Under the pieces are notes generated by a model that was given only the letters and a program-made list of their open reading frames with translations, had not been told where the DNA came from and did not search any database. A DNA stretch of 64,000 nucleotides from Candidatus Harrisonbacteria bacterium (GTDB lineage: Bacteria; Patescibacteriota; Minisyncoccia; UBA6257; 02-FULL-45-10c), in assembly GCA_016214655.1 (NCBI GenBank), contig JACROC010000005.1, positions 67,078 through 131,077 of the forward strand. The letters run 5' to 3'. The translations under genes and the position numbers were made by a program. This document shows positions 19,532 to 29,518 of the stretch, piece by piece. Every line of letters begins with the position of its first letter. Within the stretch, counting starts at the first letter, position 1.

Positions 19532-20485
19532 ATGTATGGCCGCTTGGAAGAAATAGACGAGATGCGCGGTTTGGCAGTCTTTATTATGATAATTTTTGAT
19601 TTTCTCTATATGTTTACTGCCGCACCTCCGTGGCTAAAGCATTCCACTGGTAACGGCTTTACCATTGCCGATTTAGTGGCTCCGCTATTCCTGTTTGCGC
19701 TTGGCTTGTCTTATCCCTTGTCTCTTTACCGACGAAGAGAAAGCAGGGGGTTAGTCAGTGCTATCCTGCACTTTATGCGGCGCTCTTTAACGTTAATTCT
19801 ATTTGGAATATTAGGAGAATTTTTGGTTAGATATTCACTGACTATTCGTTGGGGAGTTTTGCAAATGATTGGATTAAGTTCACTGTTATCGCTTCCCTTT
19901 CTTTTTGTCGGTTACAAAAAGCGGCTGGCGGCAGCTTTTGGATTCATCGCGGCTTGGCATCTCATTTTTCTCTTCTTGAATGTTGATGATCCTAACTTAG
20001 GAAGCATGGGCGGACCAATGGCATGCCTTGGCTGGATGTCAATCGTTTTGTTGGCTACTTCCTTAATGGAGATGTACGAACAAAAATTGCTTTCACTGAT
20101 GGAATTTTCCTCTTATGTAAATTGGGTGTTGATTATTTGGTTGGGAGTCTATGTTTGTCGAATAATTGGTCAGCTGCACTCACCTATCAATAAGTGGCTG
20201 GTGACCGCTCCCTATATTCTCTATAGCTTGGAGTGGATTATCCCGCTTTTCGTTGTTTTTCAGATCAAAGAGCATTTTGATCTACGGATACCGATTTTGT
20301 CTTTGCTTGGCAAAAATGCCCTGATTTTGTATATGCTAGCTGGGATCTTCGGCTTGTTGGTAGAAAAAAATTTGCCGTCTGACTTACCAGTCTATTTAGT
20401 CTTTGTAACTTGTGTTTCCGGTACTTCTGTCATGATTTTATTTGCAAAATACCTAGATCGGAAACAGTGGTATTTTAAAGTTTAA
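19532..20485 (+). CDS. Heparan-alpha-glucosaminide N-acetyltransferase-like (DUF1624/NagX) membrane protein
   Basis: RLEEIDEMRGL, WLKH..G.T.ADLV.P.FLF, GVLQMIG, LGKNAL.LY. Confidence 0.8.
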   Translation: MYGRLEEIDEMRGLAVFIMIIFDFLYMFTAAPPWLKHSTGNGFTIADLVAPLFLFALGLSYPLSLYRRRESRGLVSAILHFMRRSLTLILFGILGEFLVRYSLTIRWGVLQMIGLSSLLSLPFLFVGYKKRLAAAFGFIAAWHLIFLFLNVDDPNLGSMGGPMACLGWMSIVLLATSLMEMYEQKLLSLMEFSSYVNWVLIIWLGVYVCRIIGQLHSPINKWLVTAPYILYSLEWIIPLFVVFQIKEHFDLRIPILSLLGKNALILYMLAGIFGLLVEKNLPSDLPVYLVFVTCVSGTSVMILFAKYLDRKQWYFKV

Positions 20486-20539
20486 AAATCAAAAACCCGC
20501 ATTTTACTGCGGGTCTTTAATTTTTATATTCCGAAATTT

Positions 20540-20746
20540 TTATCTTCCGAAACCTCCGCGGCCTCCCCTGAATGCTGGCCGGCGCTTTTTATTGCAATCG
20601 TAGCAATACAAGCGTCCATAGGTGCCATCTTCGCGCTTGGTTGGCTCAAATGGCAGCTCTTTGATCGGAGTGCCGCACTCTGAGCAGGTCAGGTTTAAAG
20701 CTGATACGTCATACATCTGACGTTGCGGCCGATTTTGCATATCCAT
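20540..20746 (-). CDS. Small zinc-ribbon protein (CxxC-x17-CxxC-like) with RGG tail
   Basis: CSECG..LPFEP..LYCYDC, GGRGGFGR. Confidence 0.85.
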   Translation of the reverse strand: MDMQNRPQRQMYDVSALNLTCSECGTPIKELPFEPTKREDGTYGRLYCYDCNKKRRPAFRGGRGGFGR

Positions 20747-20801
20747 CTCGTTCGCTTAAATTTATTTATATTTTTTCGTATATCTTTAGGCGAACGACTG
20801 T

Positions 20802-21071
20802 GGCCCTATCTTTACAAAAATCCCTTAACGCGTTGCAGGTTAAATTTACTTAGTATCAGGCGCGAGGAGGAAATCGTATCAGTAGATACCTTTCCGACGA
20901 GCAACGCCGTAATAAGTAAATTTAATCGCAACCCTTCGGGATACAGCCAATTTGTATTCATAACTGCGTTGCTCCTCCTCAACGTGCCTATTGGCACAGT
21001 TTCGTCGTCGCACCTGATTCCGAATAAAATTAGCTAGTATCGCATTAGGGAGATTTTATAAAGATAGGGTC
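20802..21071. repeat. Miniature palindromic element with two inverted cores (REPIN-like)
   Basis: ~30-bp imperfect terminal IRs; core forward at 20858-20909 and reverse at 20964-21015. Confidence 0.75.
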
Positions 21072-21228
21072 TATATTATAATTCGCATGAGCGCTTTCGC
21101 ATTGCCAAAGGCCAAGGGCCGGAGGCGCGCTATTCGCGTGCAACTACTATCGCCTAACTACGATAAGAAAAAGCATAGCACGTTAGCTTATAGAAATCAA
21201 AAACCGCGAATTTATCGCGGCTTTACCA

Positions 21229-21330
21229 TTATCTCATAACCCAAACAGCCACAATAAGCACAACCAGAAGAATCGCCCATCTTAGCAAAAGCGGTTTCCA
21301 AGACATTCCCCAAGACATTCCCCAAGACAT
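21229..21330 (-). CDS. 33-aa single-TM micropeptide with (MSWG) repeats (not in ORF track)
   Basis: MSWGMSWGMSWKPLLLRWAILLVVLIVAVWVMR; SD AAAGGAG; 12-bp tandem repeat; downstream hairpin. Confidence 0.55.
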   Translation of the reverse strand: MSWGMSWGMSWKPLLLRWAILLVVLIVAVWVMR

Positions 21331-21410
21331 AGCCAAGCTCCTTTATCAAAGATTAATCTAGCTATAGCTTTATATAAATCGCAAAAAAACTCAACTGTAC
21401 ATATACAAAC

Positions 21411-23051
21411 CTACTCCCTAACCAAATGCTCAAATGCGTACTTTAAGCTAGCACCCACTTTCTTGCCTGGGTTAAAGATATTTTTAGGGTCAAAGATATG
21501 TTTAGTTTCTTCAAAAAGCTTATAAACTTTTTCGCCATACATTTTTTTGAGAAAAGGACTGCGAATTAAGCCATCATTATGTTCGGCGGTAATGGAGCCG
21601 CCATATTCCAAAACAAGATTATATACCTCGTCTGAAAGTCCGCGAATGATCTCGGCAGATTTGGGATCAGCCAAATCCATCAGCGGAATAATATGAAAAT
21701 TGCCATCGCCCACATGCCCGGCAATGGTATAAGTTAGCTCATATCGATCAAGAATTTTATTCAAGCGCGGCAAAAACTCTGGCAGATCTTCCACGCGCAC
21801 TATAAAATCATCGATAAACGGCGCGGTCCTCTTGCCGCGAACGTGTTTTCTTAAAAGATTGAAACTTTCCCGCCGCATTGTCCAATATTTTTTAGCATCT
21901 TCCTCATTCGGGCTGATTCTGAATTTAATTTGCAAAGATTTCAAATTTCGCTTCAAATCTTGCAGTCGATTTTCTAAATTCTTTTCATTATTATCCGCTA
22001 ATTCAACTAATAAAATCAATTTGGGGAAACCGCCGGTAAGCGTCATCCAGGCTTCGGGCAAAAAACTCAAACCCAATTTTATTAAATTTTTCGGCTTTAA
22101 AATCTTGATTAAATCCGGCAGAAAACGCATTGCTAATTTAAGAGTGTGGTCATCAAACGATTCAAAACTTTCCGGCTGGAATTTCATCACTATTCTGATT
22201 ATTTCTAACAGCAGATTTAAATCTTTAAGGAAAATCACTGTCAGCCGCGAATACGGCTTAGGCTTAACCAGTCTGAATTTGATTTTCGTGATAACTCCCA
22301 GAGTTCCCTGCGAACCGACAAAAAGCTTGGTTAAATCAAAAATTTTCCCATCCCAGATATCCCAAAGATTATAACCGGCGGAGTTTTTAGACACATTAGG
22401 CTCGGCTTTCTGCAAAAGATCAAAATTATATTTGGCTAAATCATACATTTTACGGTATATTTCTCCCTCCAAATCACCCCGCCTTCTTTTCATCAATAAT
22501 TCGTCTTCGTTCAGCGGCCTCAAAACATGTTCTTCCCCGTCGCTCAAAACCGTATGCAATTCCATGACATAATTTTCGGTTTTTCCATAGGCCAGCGTCT
22601 TTTCGCCACCGGCATTATTAGCTACCATCCCGCCGACGGCGCAAATTTCCCGTGAAGCGGGATAAGTCGGCAAAATCAAACCATGCTTTAAAGTTTCTTT
22701 TTCAAAGTCTCTGTAGAAAACTCCCGGTTCTACTACTGCATGTCCGCTTTCCGCATTTTGGACGCCAACTTCAATAATTTTATTAAAATATTTTGTAAAA
22801 TCCAAAACCACCGATTCCGAAAGCGGCGCGCCGGTCATATCGGTGCCTCCGGACCTGGGAGTCAAAGAAATGTTCTTATTTTCGTTCGCAAATTTAATTA
22901 ATTTTTTCAGATCTTCAGTATCCTTTGGAAAAACCACCGCTTCCGGCGTTATTTCAAATAAGCTGGCATCGTGGCTGTACTTGGCCTTTGTCGCTTCATC
23001 ATCCAGCACTTCGCCTTTTAATATTTTTTTTAAATCATTATTCAGCGGCAT
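21411..23051 (-). CDS. FAD-linked oxidoreductase (GlcD/D-lactate dehydrogenase-like)
   Basis: PRSGGT, GGMVANNAGG, GSQGTLG, GHVGDGNFH, AEHNDG, FNPGK. Confidence 0.9.
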   Translation of the reverse strand: MPLNNDLKKILKGEVLDDEATKAKYSHDASLFEITPEAVVFPKDTEDLKKLIKFANENKNISLTPRSGGTDMTGAPLSESVVLDFTKYFNKIIEVGVQNAESGHAVVEPGVFYRDFEKETLKHGLILPTYPASREICAVGGMVANNAGGEKTLAYGKTENYVMELHTVLSDGEEHVLRPLNEDELLMKRRRGDLEGEIYRKMYDLAKYNFDLLQKAEPNVSKNSAGYNLWDIWDGKIFDLTKLFVGSQGTLGVITKIKFRLVKPKPYSRLTVIFLKDLNLLLEIIRIVMKFQPESFESFDDHTLKLAMRFLPDLIKILKPKNLIKLGLSFLPEAWMTLTGGFPKLILLVELADNNEKNLENRLQDLKRNLKSLQIKFRISPNEEDAKKYWTMRRESFNLLRKHVRGKRTAPFIDDFIVRVEDLPEFLPRLNKILDRYELTYTIAGHVGDGNFHIIPLMDLADPKSAEIIRGLSDEVYNLVLEYGGSITAEHNDGLIRSPFLKKMYGEKVYKLFEETKHIFDPKNIFNPGKKVGASLKYAFEHLVRE

Positions 23052-23733
23052 ATCTTTTATAATAAAGCGGAACGACTTTTAACGCCAAAATAATAGCAAA
23101 GATTATGGCAAAACCGCACATAATTGAGGGTGTTGCATTCCAGGCTGCCGCCGCAGAGATTAAATAAACAATTCCCATTGGAAGCATAAAAGATGCATAT
23201 CCTAATATCATCCAATACAAGATTGCCGCATTTTTAACCAGCAACGTCTTGACCGCTACCCAAATTCCCAAAAACAAAAATCCGAAATAATAAACGGCGT
23301 AAGTCCACCACAACTCTTGGGCGGTATTAAAAATAATATAATTACCGCCGCAAGTGGCTTGGCTAATGGCTTTTTCGCCAAAAGCAAAAATAGCGATGTA
23401 TGTGAACATCAGTACATAACCGAATTTCAGAAAATAATCCTTACCGGCCAATAAGGTAATGAGATGTAATCCCAAAACCGGCAAAAGAGTGATGATAATA
23501 AAGCCGATCCGGGACCAAAAGATAGAGTCACTGCCCACACAAATCTGGTATTCGGCGAACTGAAATCCGGCAAGCAGCATAAGCAGTAAAACAGCTAACC
23601 TGCTGAATGGAGTTGTACGGTAACGGATAAAAACATATAGCGCCAAAATGGTTTCAATTAAAAAAGTCGCCAGCATCACTTCCGGCGTAAAACAAAAGAA
23701 AGTTGAATTTTTATTCTTTAAAATTTTGGTCAT
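23038..23733 (-). CDS. Hypothetical ~7-TM membrane protein
   Basis: Hydrophobic throughout; overlaps neighbours, indicating an operon. Confidence 0.7.
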   Translation of the reverse strand: MTKILKNKNSTFFCFTPEVMLATFLIETILALYVFIRYRTTPFSRLAVLLLMLLAGFQFAEYQICVGSDSIFWSRIGFIIITLLPVLGLHLITLLAGKDYFLKFGYVLMFTYIAIFAFGEKAISQATCGGNYIIFNTAQELWWTYAVYYFGFLFLGIWVAVKTLLVKNAAILYWMILGYASFMLPMGIVYLISAAAAWNATPSIMCGFAIIFAIILALKVVPLYYKRYAAE

Positions 23734-24248
23734 TGTGTTTCTGATTCGTATTTTATTTCAATTTTATCTTTATCTTTCATTATATAGTTCTCAAATTCAT
23801 TATTTTCTGATCCATTAACCGACATCTTTACTTTTCCCTGAGGTCCGTTGCAGTAATTAAAAATACAATTAGCGTTAAAATCCCGCTGCCAAGCCTTAAA
23901 AAATTTATCCAACTTAATATCGTTTTTAGCGACTAATCCGGTAAATTCCAAATGTAATACTCCGCTATCATCGTGCGTATGAATCGGATTATGAACGGCA
24001 CTCAATCCAATTCCCTCCGGTATTTGATGCTCTTCACCGTTAATAAAAATTTTCAGCTCTGAATGCCAATGCATGCCCTGTCTGGAAATAATTTGATCTT
24101 CCGGCAGAGATGGCAGCGAAATAACAAACCAAACGGCTAATGCCGCCAATCCAACAATAATGCCAGCCGGAAGGATAATCCTTTTGAGATATTCAAATCG
24201 ATGGGTTTTTTGCCGTTTAGTATTCCAATTTTCTTTTTTACACATCAT
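23730..24248 (-). CDS. Membrane-anchored His-motif hypothetical protein
   Basis: One TM then HWHSEL..IPEGIG..PIHTHDDSGVLHLE. Confidence 0.7.
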   Translation of the reverse strand: MMCKKENWNTKRQKTHRFEYLKRIILPAGIIVGLAALAVWFVISLPSLPEDQIISRQGMHWHSELKIFINGEEHQIPEGIGLSAVHNPIHTHDDSGVLHLEFTGLVAKNDIKLDKFFKAWQRDFNANCIFNYCNGPQGKVKMSVNGSENNEFENYIMKDKDKIEIKYESETQ

Positions 24249-26482
24249 TATTGAACTGTAATCTTGCCAGTCGCCTTAAGTACATCGTTTAACGGCCACC
24301 AGGATTGGAATTCAAATGGCTCGTCGGCTAAAAATTCAACCGTTGCCGTACTGCCAGGCTTTACCGCTTCAGTTTTAAATTTAGGACTAGTAAATCTCAA
24401 ACCGCCGTAATAAACGTTTTCGGTTCTCACCAAAAAATGAATTTTGACTTTTGACCCCCTTGGCACGCTTAATGATGGGTTTGGATAAAATCCGCGATCA
24501 TCTGCCTCTAATTTAAATTCGTATGGCATTGGCTCAGACGTGGCTGGTTCCGGTAAAATACATTCCGCCGGTAAAGTGCACCCCTTTTCATCGGTGCGGC
24601 TGACTAATTTGCCGCCTTTTTCGGCGCAAGATTTCTCAAATTCCGGAGATGGCGCTGCAAACAACGGACAAGATGCGGGTTTTGCACCAATCCGGCATTC
24701 TCCTGTATATTGGATGCCTGCTCCAGCAATTTTCGCAGTACAGGCATTGGAATAGGTTTTGCCGTCTAATCCGCAAACCGGATTATATTCTTGAGTACAG
24801 ATTTCCGGCTTTTCAATTTCCCGCATGGCTGGAGTTGCAGCCGGTATCTCACAAGCTGACAATTCTTTTTTTAGAGTCTCATATTTTAATTTGTAATCTG
24901 CTTCACCAATTTTTTCTGATTTCAACAATTCTTCCAGTTGAGCCAAGCTGCCCCTTAATCCTTCGCATCGAGACGGCAAAACTGAAGTAACTTGCGGCTT
25001 TACTTCGGTCGGTATGGCTCTTTTAACTTCTGCTTTTTTCAGCTCTGCATCCTTCCCGCCGCTTTCAATAAAACGGGACAAATCGTTTAAATAACCCCTA
25101 ACATGACTAACGTGAAGGACCACATCTTCCAAGTTATTCCGTAAAAGCGCATCTTGCGCGGAAGTGAGATATTTTCTTGCCTCTGCTAAAATAGCGTAAG
25201 CTTTTGGATTTTTTTCCGGAGTAAATTCCCTTAATTTTAATATCTCTTCATATTTATTAATTTTTATTTCCAGCTCGTTTAACTCGGCTTTTAAGCGATC
25301 TGCTTGCGGACGCTCTTCTTCCAGCATCTTAAAAGCGTTTCTGGCTAAGACTTCCGCCGATCGCGCTTGTCCGAAAGCCTCCCCGTAATTATTGTCCGCA
25401 TATGCTGATTGCGCTTCCGTTAAATGCTCTTTGGATTGATTCAATAATGCAACCGGAACACGCGGAGCATTCTCCGTTTGTTTGATTCTTTCTTCTAATT
25501 TTTTAAGCACTTCTTCGGCGCGAGTTAATTGTTCTTTAGCTTTAGCGGCAATATTTTCTTGTTCACGGGTCGTTTTATCTAAAATAGCTCCTGCCTTATT
25601 TAAGGCCTCTGACAACCTCTGCTCTGCTTTTTCCTTAATCTCGTCAAAAATTACCGATCTTCTTGCGGTGTCTCCCGGTAATTCCGTAATTGCATCCTGG
25701 ACAGCTTGAGAACCCCCTTTTTCAAACAGATCTTTGATATCCGATTCTAACTTTTGAGAAAACTCCTGGCGAAGCCTTTCTAAAGATTGTTTTGCCGCTT
25801 CCGAAGCATTTTGCGAAAGATTATCAATGAATTCTACAGAACGAAGGTGCTTCAGGTCCCCTCCCTTGGTTTCTATCAAGGCTTTTTCCAATTTAACTGC
25901 AAATTTGGCAGGTTCATCTTTTTCAGCTGCCCGAGATACGGACTCCTCTAATTTTTTTTGAGTATCCGCCGTTAAACTGGATATTTTTTCATCATTTTCA
26001 AATTGCTTTGAAATCCCATCAATGATATTGGCGTGCTTGACTGTTTTTCCGGTCAAATCACCTAAAAGACGGTCAATGTTCGGATTTTGGGAAGTCTCTT
26101 TTAATAATTCCAGCCTGGAACTCAATCTTACTTGGGCTTCCTGATAATTCTCCAATGCTTCAGTGATGGCTTCTGCATCTTCCGGCCTTGCTTCCTGGAC
26201 TTTCTTTAATTCTGCCGCTTTTTCATTGGTAATTTTTAATTCAAATTCGGTTTTCTTAACCGGGTCAAAAGTAAAAACCCGCCGAAACCCTCTGCCCCAT
26301 TCTTTTAGAAAATAAAACGGGTTGGTTGGTAATAGCCCCGGGTTTTCAATGCCTAAATCCGAAGCAGTAACATTTTCTGTCTCTATAATCGCAGATGTTT
26401 CTGCCGCTTGTGCGTAAACGACTGCCGCGCCCATCGGTAAAAGATTAATTATTAACAACGAAGAAATTAAGTATTTTTTCAT
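24248..26482 (-). CDS. Large secreted DUF5667-like protein with Kazal domain and C-terminal cupredoxin-like beta domain
   Basis: Signal peptide, PGLLPTNPFYFLK, helical repeats, CTQEYNPVCGLDGKTYSNAC Kazal motif. Confidence 0.8.
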   Translation of the reverse strand: MKKYLISSLLIINLLPMGAAVVYAQAAETSAIIETENVTASDLGIENPGLLPTNPFYFLKEWGRGFRRVFTFDPVKKTEFELKITNEKAAELKKVQEARPEDAEAITEALENYQEAQVRLSSRLELLKETSQNPNIDRLLGDLTGKTVKHANIIDGISKQFENDEKISSLTADTQKKLEESVSRAAEKDEPAKFAVKLEKALIETKGGDLKHLRSVEFIDNLSQNASEAAKQSLERLRQEFSQKLESDIKDLFEKGGSQAVQDAITELPGDTARRSVIFDEIKEKAEQRLSEALNKAGAILDKTTREQENIAAKAKEQLTRAEEVLKKLEERIKQTENAPRVPVALLNQSKEHLTEAQSAYADNNYGEAFGQARSAEVLARNAFKMLEEERPQADRLKAELNELEIKINKYEEILKLREFTPEKNPKAYAILAEARKYLTSAQDALLRNNLEDVVLHVSHVRGYLNDLSRFIESGGKDAELKKAEVKRAIPTEVKPQVTSVLPSRCEGLRGSLAQLEELLKSEKIGEADYKLKYETLKKELSACEIPAATPAMREIEKPEICTQEYNPVCGLDGKTYSNACTAKIAGAGIQYTGECRIGAKPASCPLFAAPSPEFEKSCAEKGGKLVSRTDEKGCTLPAECILPEPATSEPMPYEFKLEADDRGFYPNPSLSVPRGSKVKIHFLVRTENVYYGGLRFTSPKFKTEAVKPGSTATVEFLADEPFEFQSWWPLNDVLKATGKITVQ

Positions 26483-26537
26483 ATTAACTTTAATTATATC
26501 ACACCTTCGCTATTGCAACTGATAACGGTTGATTTTA

Positions 26538-27058
26538 TGATGCAAACAGCTGTTTTAGATGAAATCAGCACCATGAAAGAGCGACCAGCAAAGAGGGTGC
26601 CTGAATCGGCTATAAATGATAGCCTCTATATGATTCAGCCGAATGACCTTAATTATTTAGGAACAATTTTTGGCGGCACAGTTATGGCGGAATCAGATAA
26701 AATCGCTGCCGTAGTCGCTAAAATACATTGCGGGCAAACCTGTGTAACAGCATCGGTAGATGCCTTCCGCTTTCTGGCTCCGGCTTACGTCAGTGAAGTC
26801 TTGGTGTTTAAGGCATCCGTAAATCGAGTTTGGAACGCCTCATTAGAAGTTGGCATTAAGGTCTTTGCCAAAAATACATTAACCGGAGAAAACCGCCATA
26901 TAGTTTCCGCCTATTTTACCTTTGTTCCAATAGATGAAACCCGGAAGCCTGTACCGGTAAAATATTCCCTTAACCCGGAAACCGAGGAAGAAAAACGCCG
27001 CTGGCGAGAAGCAGATAAGCGGCGGGAACGTCGCCTGCAGGAAAGAAGTAAAAAATAA
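26538..27058 (+). CDS. Acyl-CoA thioesterase (YciA-like hotdog fold)
   Basis: PNDLNYLGTIFGG, VTASVD, SLEVG, AYFTFV; start uncertain. Confidence 0.85.
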
Positions 27059-27069
27059 AAATACCCCGA

Positions 27070-27606
27070 TTAAATCTGGGGCGTTTTTTTATTGGGTCTT
27101 TTATTTAGCCAATAGATTATTCCGTAAAATATAATTAATAAGGAATAATTCGGTATTAAAAATTCCAGTCTTGCCCAGGAAATCACACTTGCTTTATAGG
27201 GGGAAAACGGCCATAAAAATGGCGTCGGGAAAAATCTGGAAGTATGGGTTGGTATATCGCTCAAAATATGAAGTCCCCACGTCCCCATTTCCCAAAATGG
27301 CTTTCTCCGGATAAGCCAAATTAAAAGAAAAACGGCTAAAAAGACTATCAAACTGTGGGTGTAATTATAAAGCGTAAAAACGTAGTGAGGCACGAATGCT
27401 CCATTTAGTCCATGCTCTCCGCTGGCAAATTCCGGCCGGAATAATCCCCGGAAAAATAAATTTTCTATAAATAAAATTCCGAAAGAAAATAAGTCCGGCG
27501 CTACTCCGAAAAATACCGCCCATAAAATTTTTAACTTCTTGCGCGGCGGCAAAGAAATAGCCTTATAAATTCCTCCTGACCAAAGAGCATGAGAAAATAT
27601 GTCCAT
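27070..27606 (-). CDS. Membrane-bound metal-dependent hydrolase (YdjM-like)
   Basis: SH..., APD, THSL, HILSD, LWP motifs. Confidence 0.75.
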   Translation of the reverse strand: MDIFSHALWSGGIYKAISLPPRKKLKILWAVFFGVAPDLFSFGILFIENLFFRGLFRPEFASGEHGLNGAFVPHYVFTLYNYTHSLIVFLAVFLLIWLIRRKPFWEMGTWGLHILSDIPTHTSRFFPTPFLWPFSPYKASVISWARLEFLIPNYSLLIIFYGIIYWLNKRPNKKTPQI

Positions 27607-28005
27607 CTACTTTTTCTTTTCTAATTCAAGGCAGACCGAGTTAATGCAATATCTTTTTCCATCAGGTGCAGGCCCGTCGTCAAAAATATGCCCGAGGTGC
27701 GAACCGCATTTTTTACAGACAACTTCAGTTCTTTTCATTCCGTAACTGGCATCTTCGCGAAGCTCAATATTTTCTAGATTAGCCGGTTCAGTGAAACTCG
27801 GCCAGCCTGTTCCGGAATCAAATTTGGTGTCAGAAGAAAAAAGTTCGACGCCGCAAGCTGCGCACCTATACATTCCCTTAGAGTGCTCATTCCAATATTT
27901 TCCGGAAAACGGAGCTTCGGTTCCCTTCTCGCGCATCACTTTATATTGTTCCGAAGTCGGTTCCTTTTTTAGCTCTTTTTCGGTTTTTAGATTTTTTTGA
28001 TTCAT
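27607..28005 (-). CDS. msrB: Methionine-R-sulfoxide reductase
   Basis: [33 protein letters not shown]. Confidence 0.97.
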   Translation of the reverse strand: MNQKNLKTEKELKKEPTSEQYKVMREKGTEAPFSGKYWNEHSKGMYRCAACGVELFSSDTKFDSGTGWPSFTEPANLENIELREDASYGMKRTEVVCKKCGSHLGHIFDDGPAPDGKRYCINSVCLELEKKK

Positions 28006-28033
28006 TTAATCGAATAATATCATGGATACTTCT

Positions 28034-28777
28034 TTACGGCTTGATCAGTGAATATAATTCATCCTCCAGTTTATAAAAATCACCTGAGCGTTCGGCCCTG
28101 GGCCTCGGCAAAGAGTTTGACGTCACTTTCTCTATTTTACCCGGCCGCGGAGTCAAAACCGCAACCCGGTCGCCCAACTTTAAAGCCTCAGAAATAATGT
28201 GCGTTACCATAACTATCGTCGGCTTTCTTTTTTGCCAAATATTTAAAAGTTCTTTCCGTAATTCTTCCGCGGTAAAAGAATCGAGCTCGGAAAACGGTTC
28301 GTCCATAAAAATTATTTTCGGATTTGTTACTATTGCCCGCGCGATTCCGACCCGCTGGCGCATTCCCCCGGAAAGCTCTTTTGGCCTGGAATTTTTAAAT
28401 TGCTCAAGACCAAATAATTTAAGTTCTTCCGCGACCCGCCTCTTTCTTTCATTTTTAGAAATCTTTCTTCCGATTAATCCAAGTTCTATATTTTCTTCCA
28501 CCGTCAGCCAGGGCAGGAGCGCAAATTGCTGAAAAACAAAACTGGTATCGGCACTGCTGATTCCGGCCTTTAATTTAACCTCGCCATCATAAGATTTTTC
28601 CAGGCCGCTCATGATGCGGAGCAATGTTGATTTACCGGATCCGGAAGGCCCTACCAATACCAGAAATTCGCCGTCAAAAACTTCCAGATTAATATCTTCC
28701 AATACCTTAAGAGGCGGCAAGTCCGGCCGTTCTTTAAAAGTTTTGTTTATTTTATGAAGCGAGATTATCGGTTCCAT
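28034..28777 (-). CDS. NitT/TauT-type ABC transporter ATP-binding protein
   Basis: GPSGSGKST, LSGGMRQRV, MDEPF. Confidence 0.92.
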   Translation of the reverse strand: MEPIISLHKINKTFKERPDLPPLKVLEDINLEVFDGEFLVLVGPSGSGKSTLLRIMSGLEKSYDGEVKLKAGISSADTSFVFQQFALLPWLTVEENIELGLIGRKISKNERKRRVAEELKLFGLEQFKNSRPKELSGGMRQRVGIARAIVTNPKIIFMDEPFSELDSFTAEELRKELLNIWQKRKPTIVMVTHIISEALKLGDRVAVLTPRPGKIEKVTSNSLPRPRAERSGDFYKLEDELYSLIKP

Positions 28778-28780
28778 TAT

Positions 28781-29518
28781 TTATTCTTCCGTTTCGTGGT
28801 GGCCCCACTCCAGCAGAGGCAGCCAGACCAGTTTATTAATGCTAAAAATCAATGCCAGAAAGCCTAAAATCCCGAATATTGTGACATTGGCATTGTTAGA
28901 AAACTGCTGGAAAAAACTTCCAAGGCCGGTTTTGATGCCGACGATTATTTCCGTCGCTACCAGCGCTTCCCACCCCTCTCCCAGCCCTATAATTGAACCG
29001 GTTATAAGACCGGTCACGCTTACCGGCCAAAGGAAATACCGCAGGTAATCCAGCCCGCTTAAACGCGACATTATTGCCGCTTCTTCCCAGTCCTGCCTTA
29101 TCAGCTTCAGAGAGCTGACAATTGAAAATAGAATCGGCCAGATCACCGTCAATACGAGAAAAAATATAATGGTAAAGTTAGACGGCCCGAAAAAGAAAAC
29201 AGCAAGGGGCAAAGCGGCAAAAGTTGGGAAACTTTGAAGCACGTCAAAAATCGGAAGCGCGACGGCTGCAAATTTTTCCTGATGGAAAAGAACCGCCAAA
29301 CACCAAGCCATAACCGCCGCAATCAAATAGGCCGCCAGAAGCCGCCAACCGGAAATTAAAATGTCCAATAATAATTTTGTTGAAGGAATATTGGCCAAAC
29401 CCGAAAATACCAGAAAAAAAAGAAATGGAAATAAAACAATCAAAAGGGTTATTGCCAAATGCCACCGCTTTTTATAAATTTTCATCAATTTTTTCCGCAT
29501 GCTTTTATTATAAATCAA
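28781..29518 (-). CDS. NitT/TauT-type ABC transporter permease
   Basis: LP..DVLQS.P, EAA loop, W..LVA.E; adjacent to ATPase. Confidence 0.85.
   Translation of the reverse strand: MIYNKSMRKKLMKIYKKRWHLAITLLIVLFPFLFFLVFSGLANIPSTKLLLDILISGWRLLAAYLIAAVMAWCLAVLFHQEKFAAVALPIFDVLQSFPTFAALPLAVFFFGPSNFTIIFFLVLTVIWPILFSIVSSLKLIRQDWEEAAIMSRLSGLDYLRYFLWPVSVTGLITGSIIGLGEGWEALVATEIIVGIKTGLGSFFQQFSNNANVTIFGILGFLALIFSINKLVWLPLLEWGHHETEE

Noticed and set aside
20723-21037. ORFs 20723-21037 (+) and 20812-20997 (-)
   Set aside because: Chance open frames across the palindromic repeat; no protein motifs
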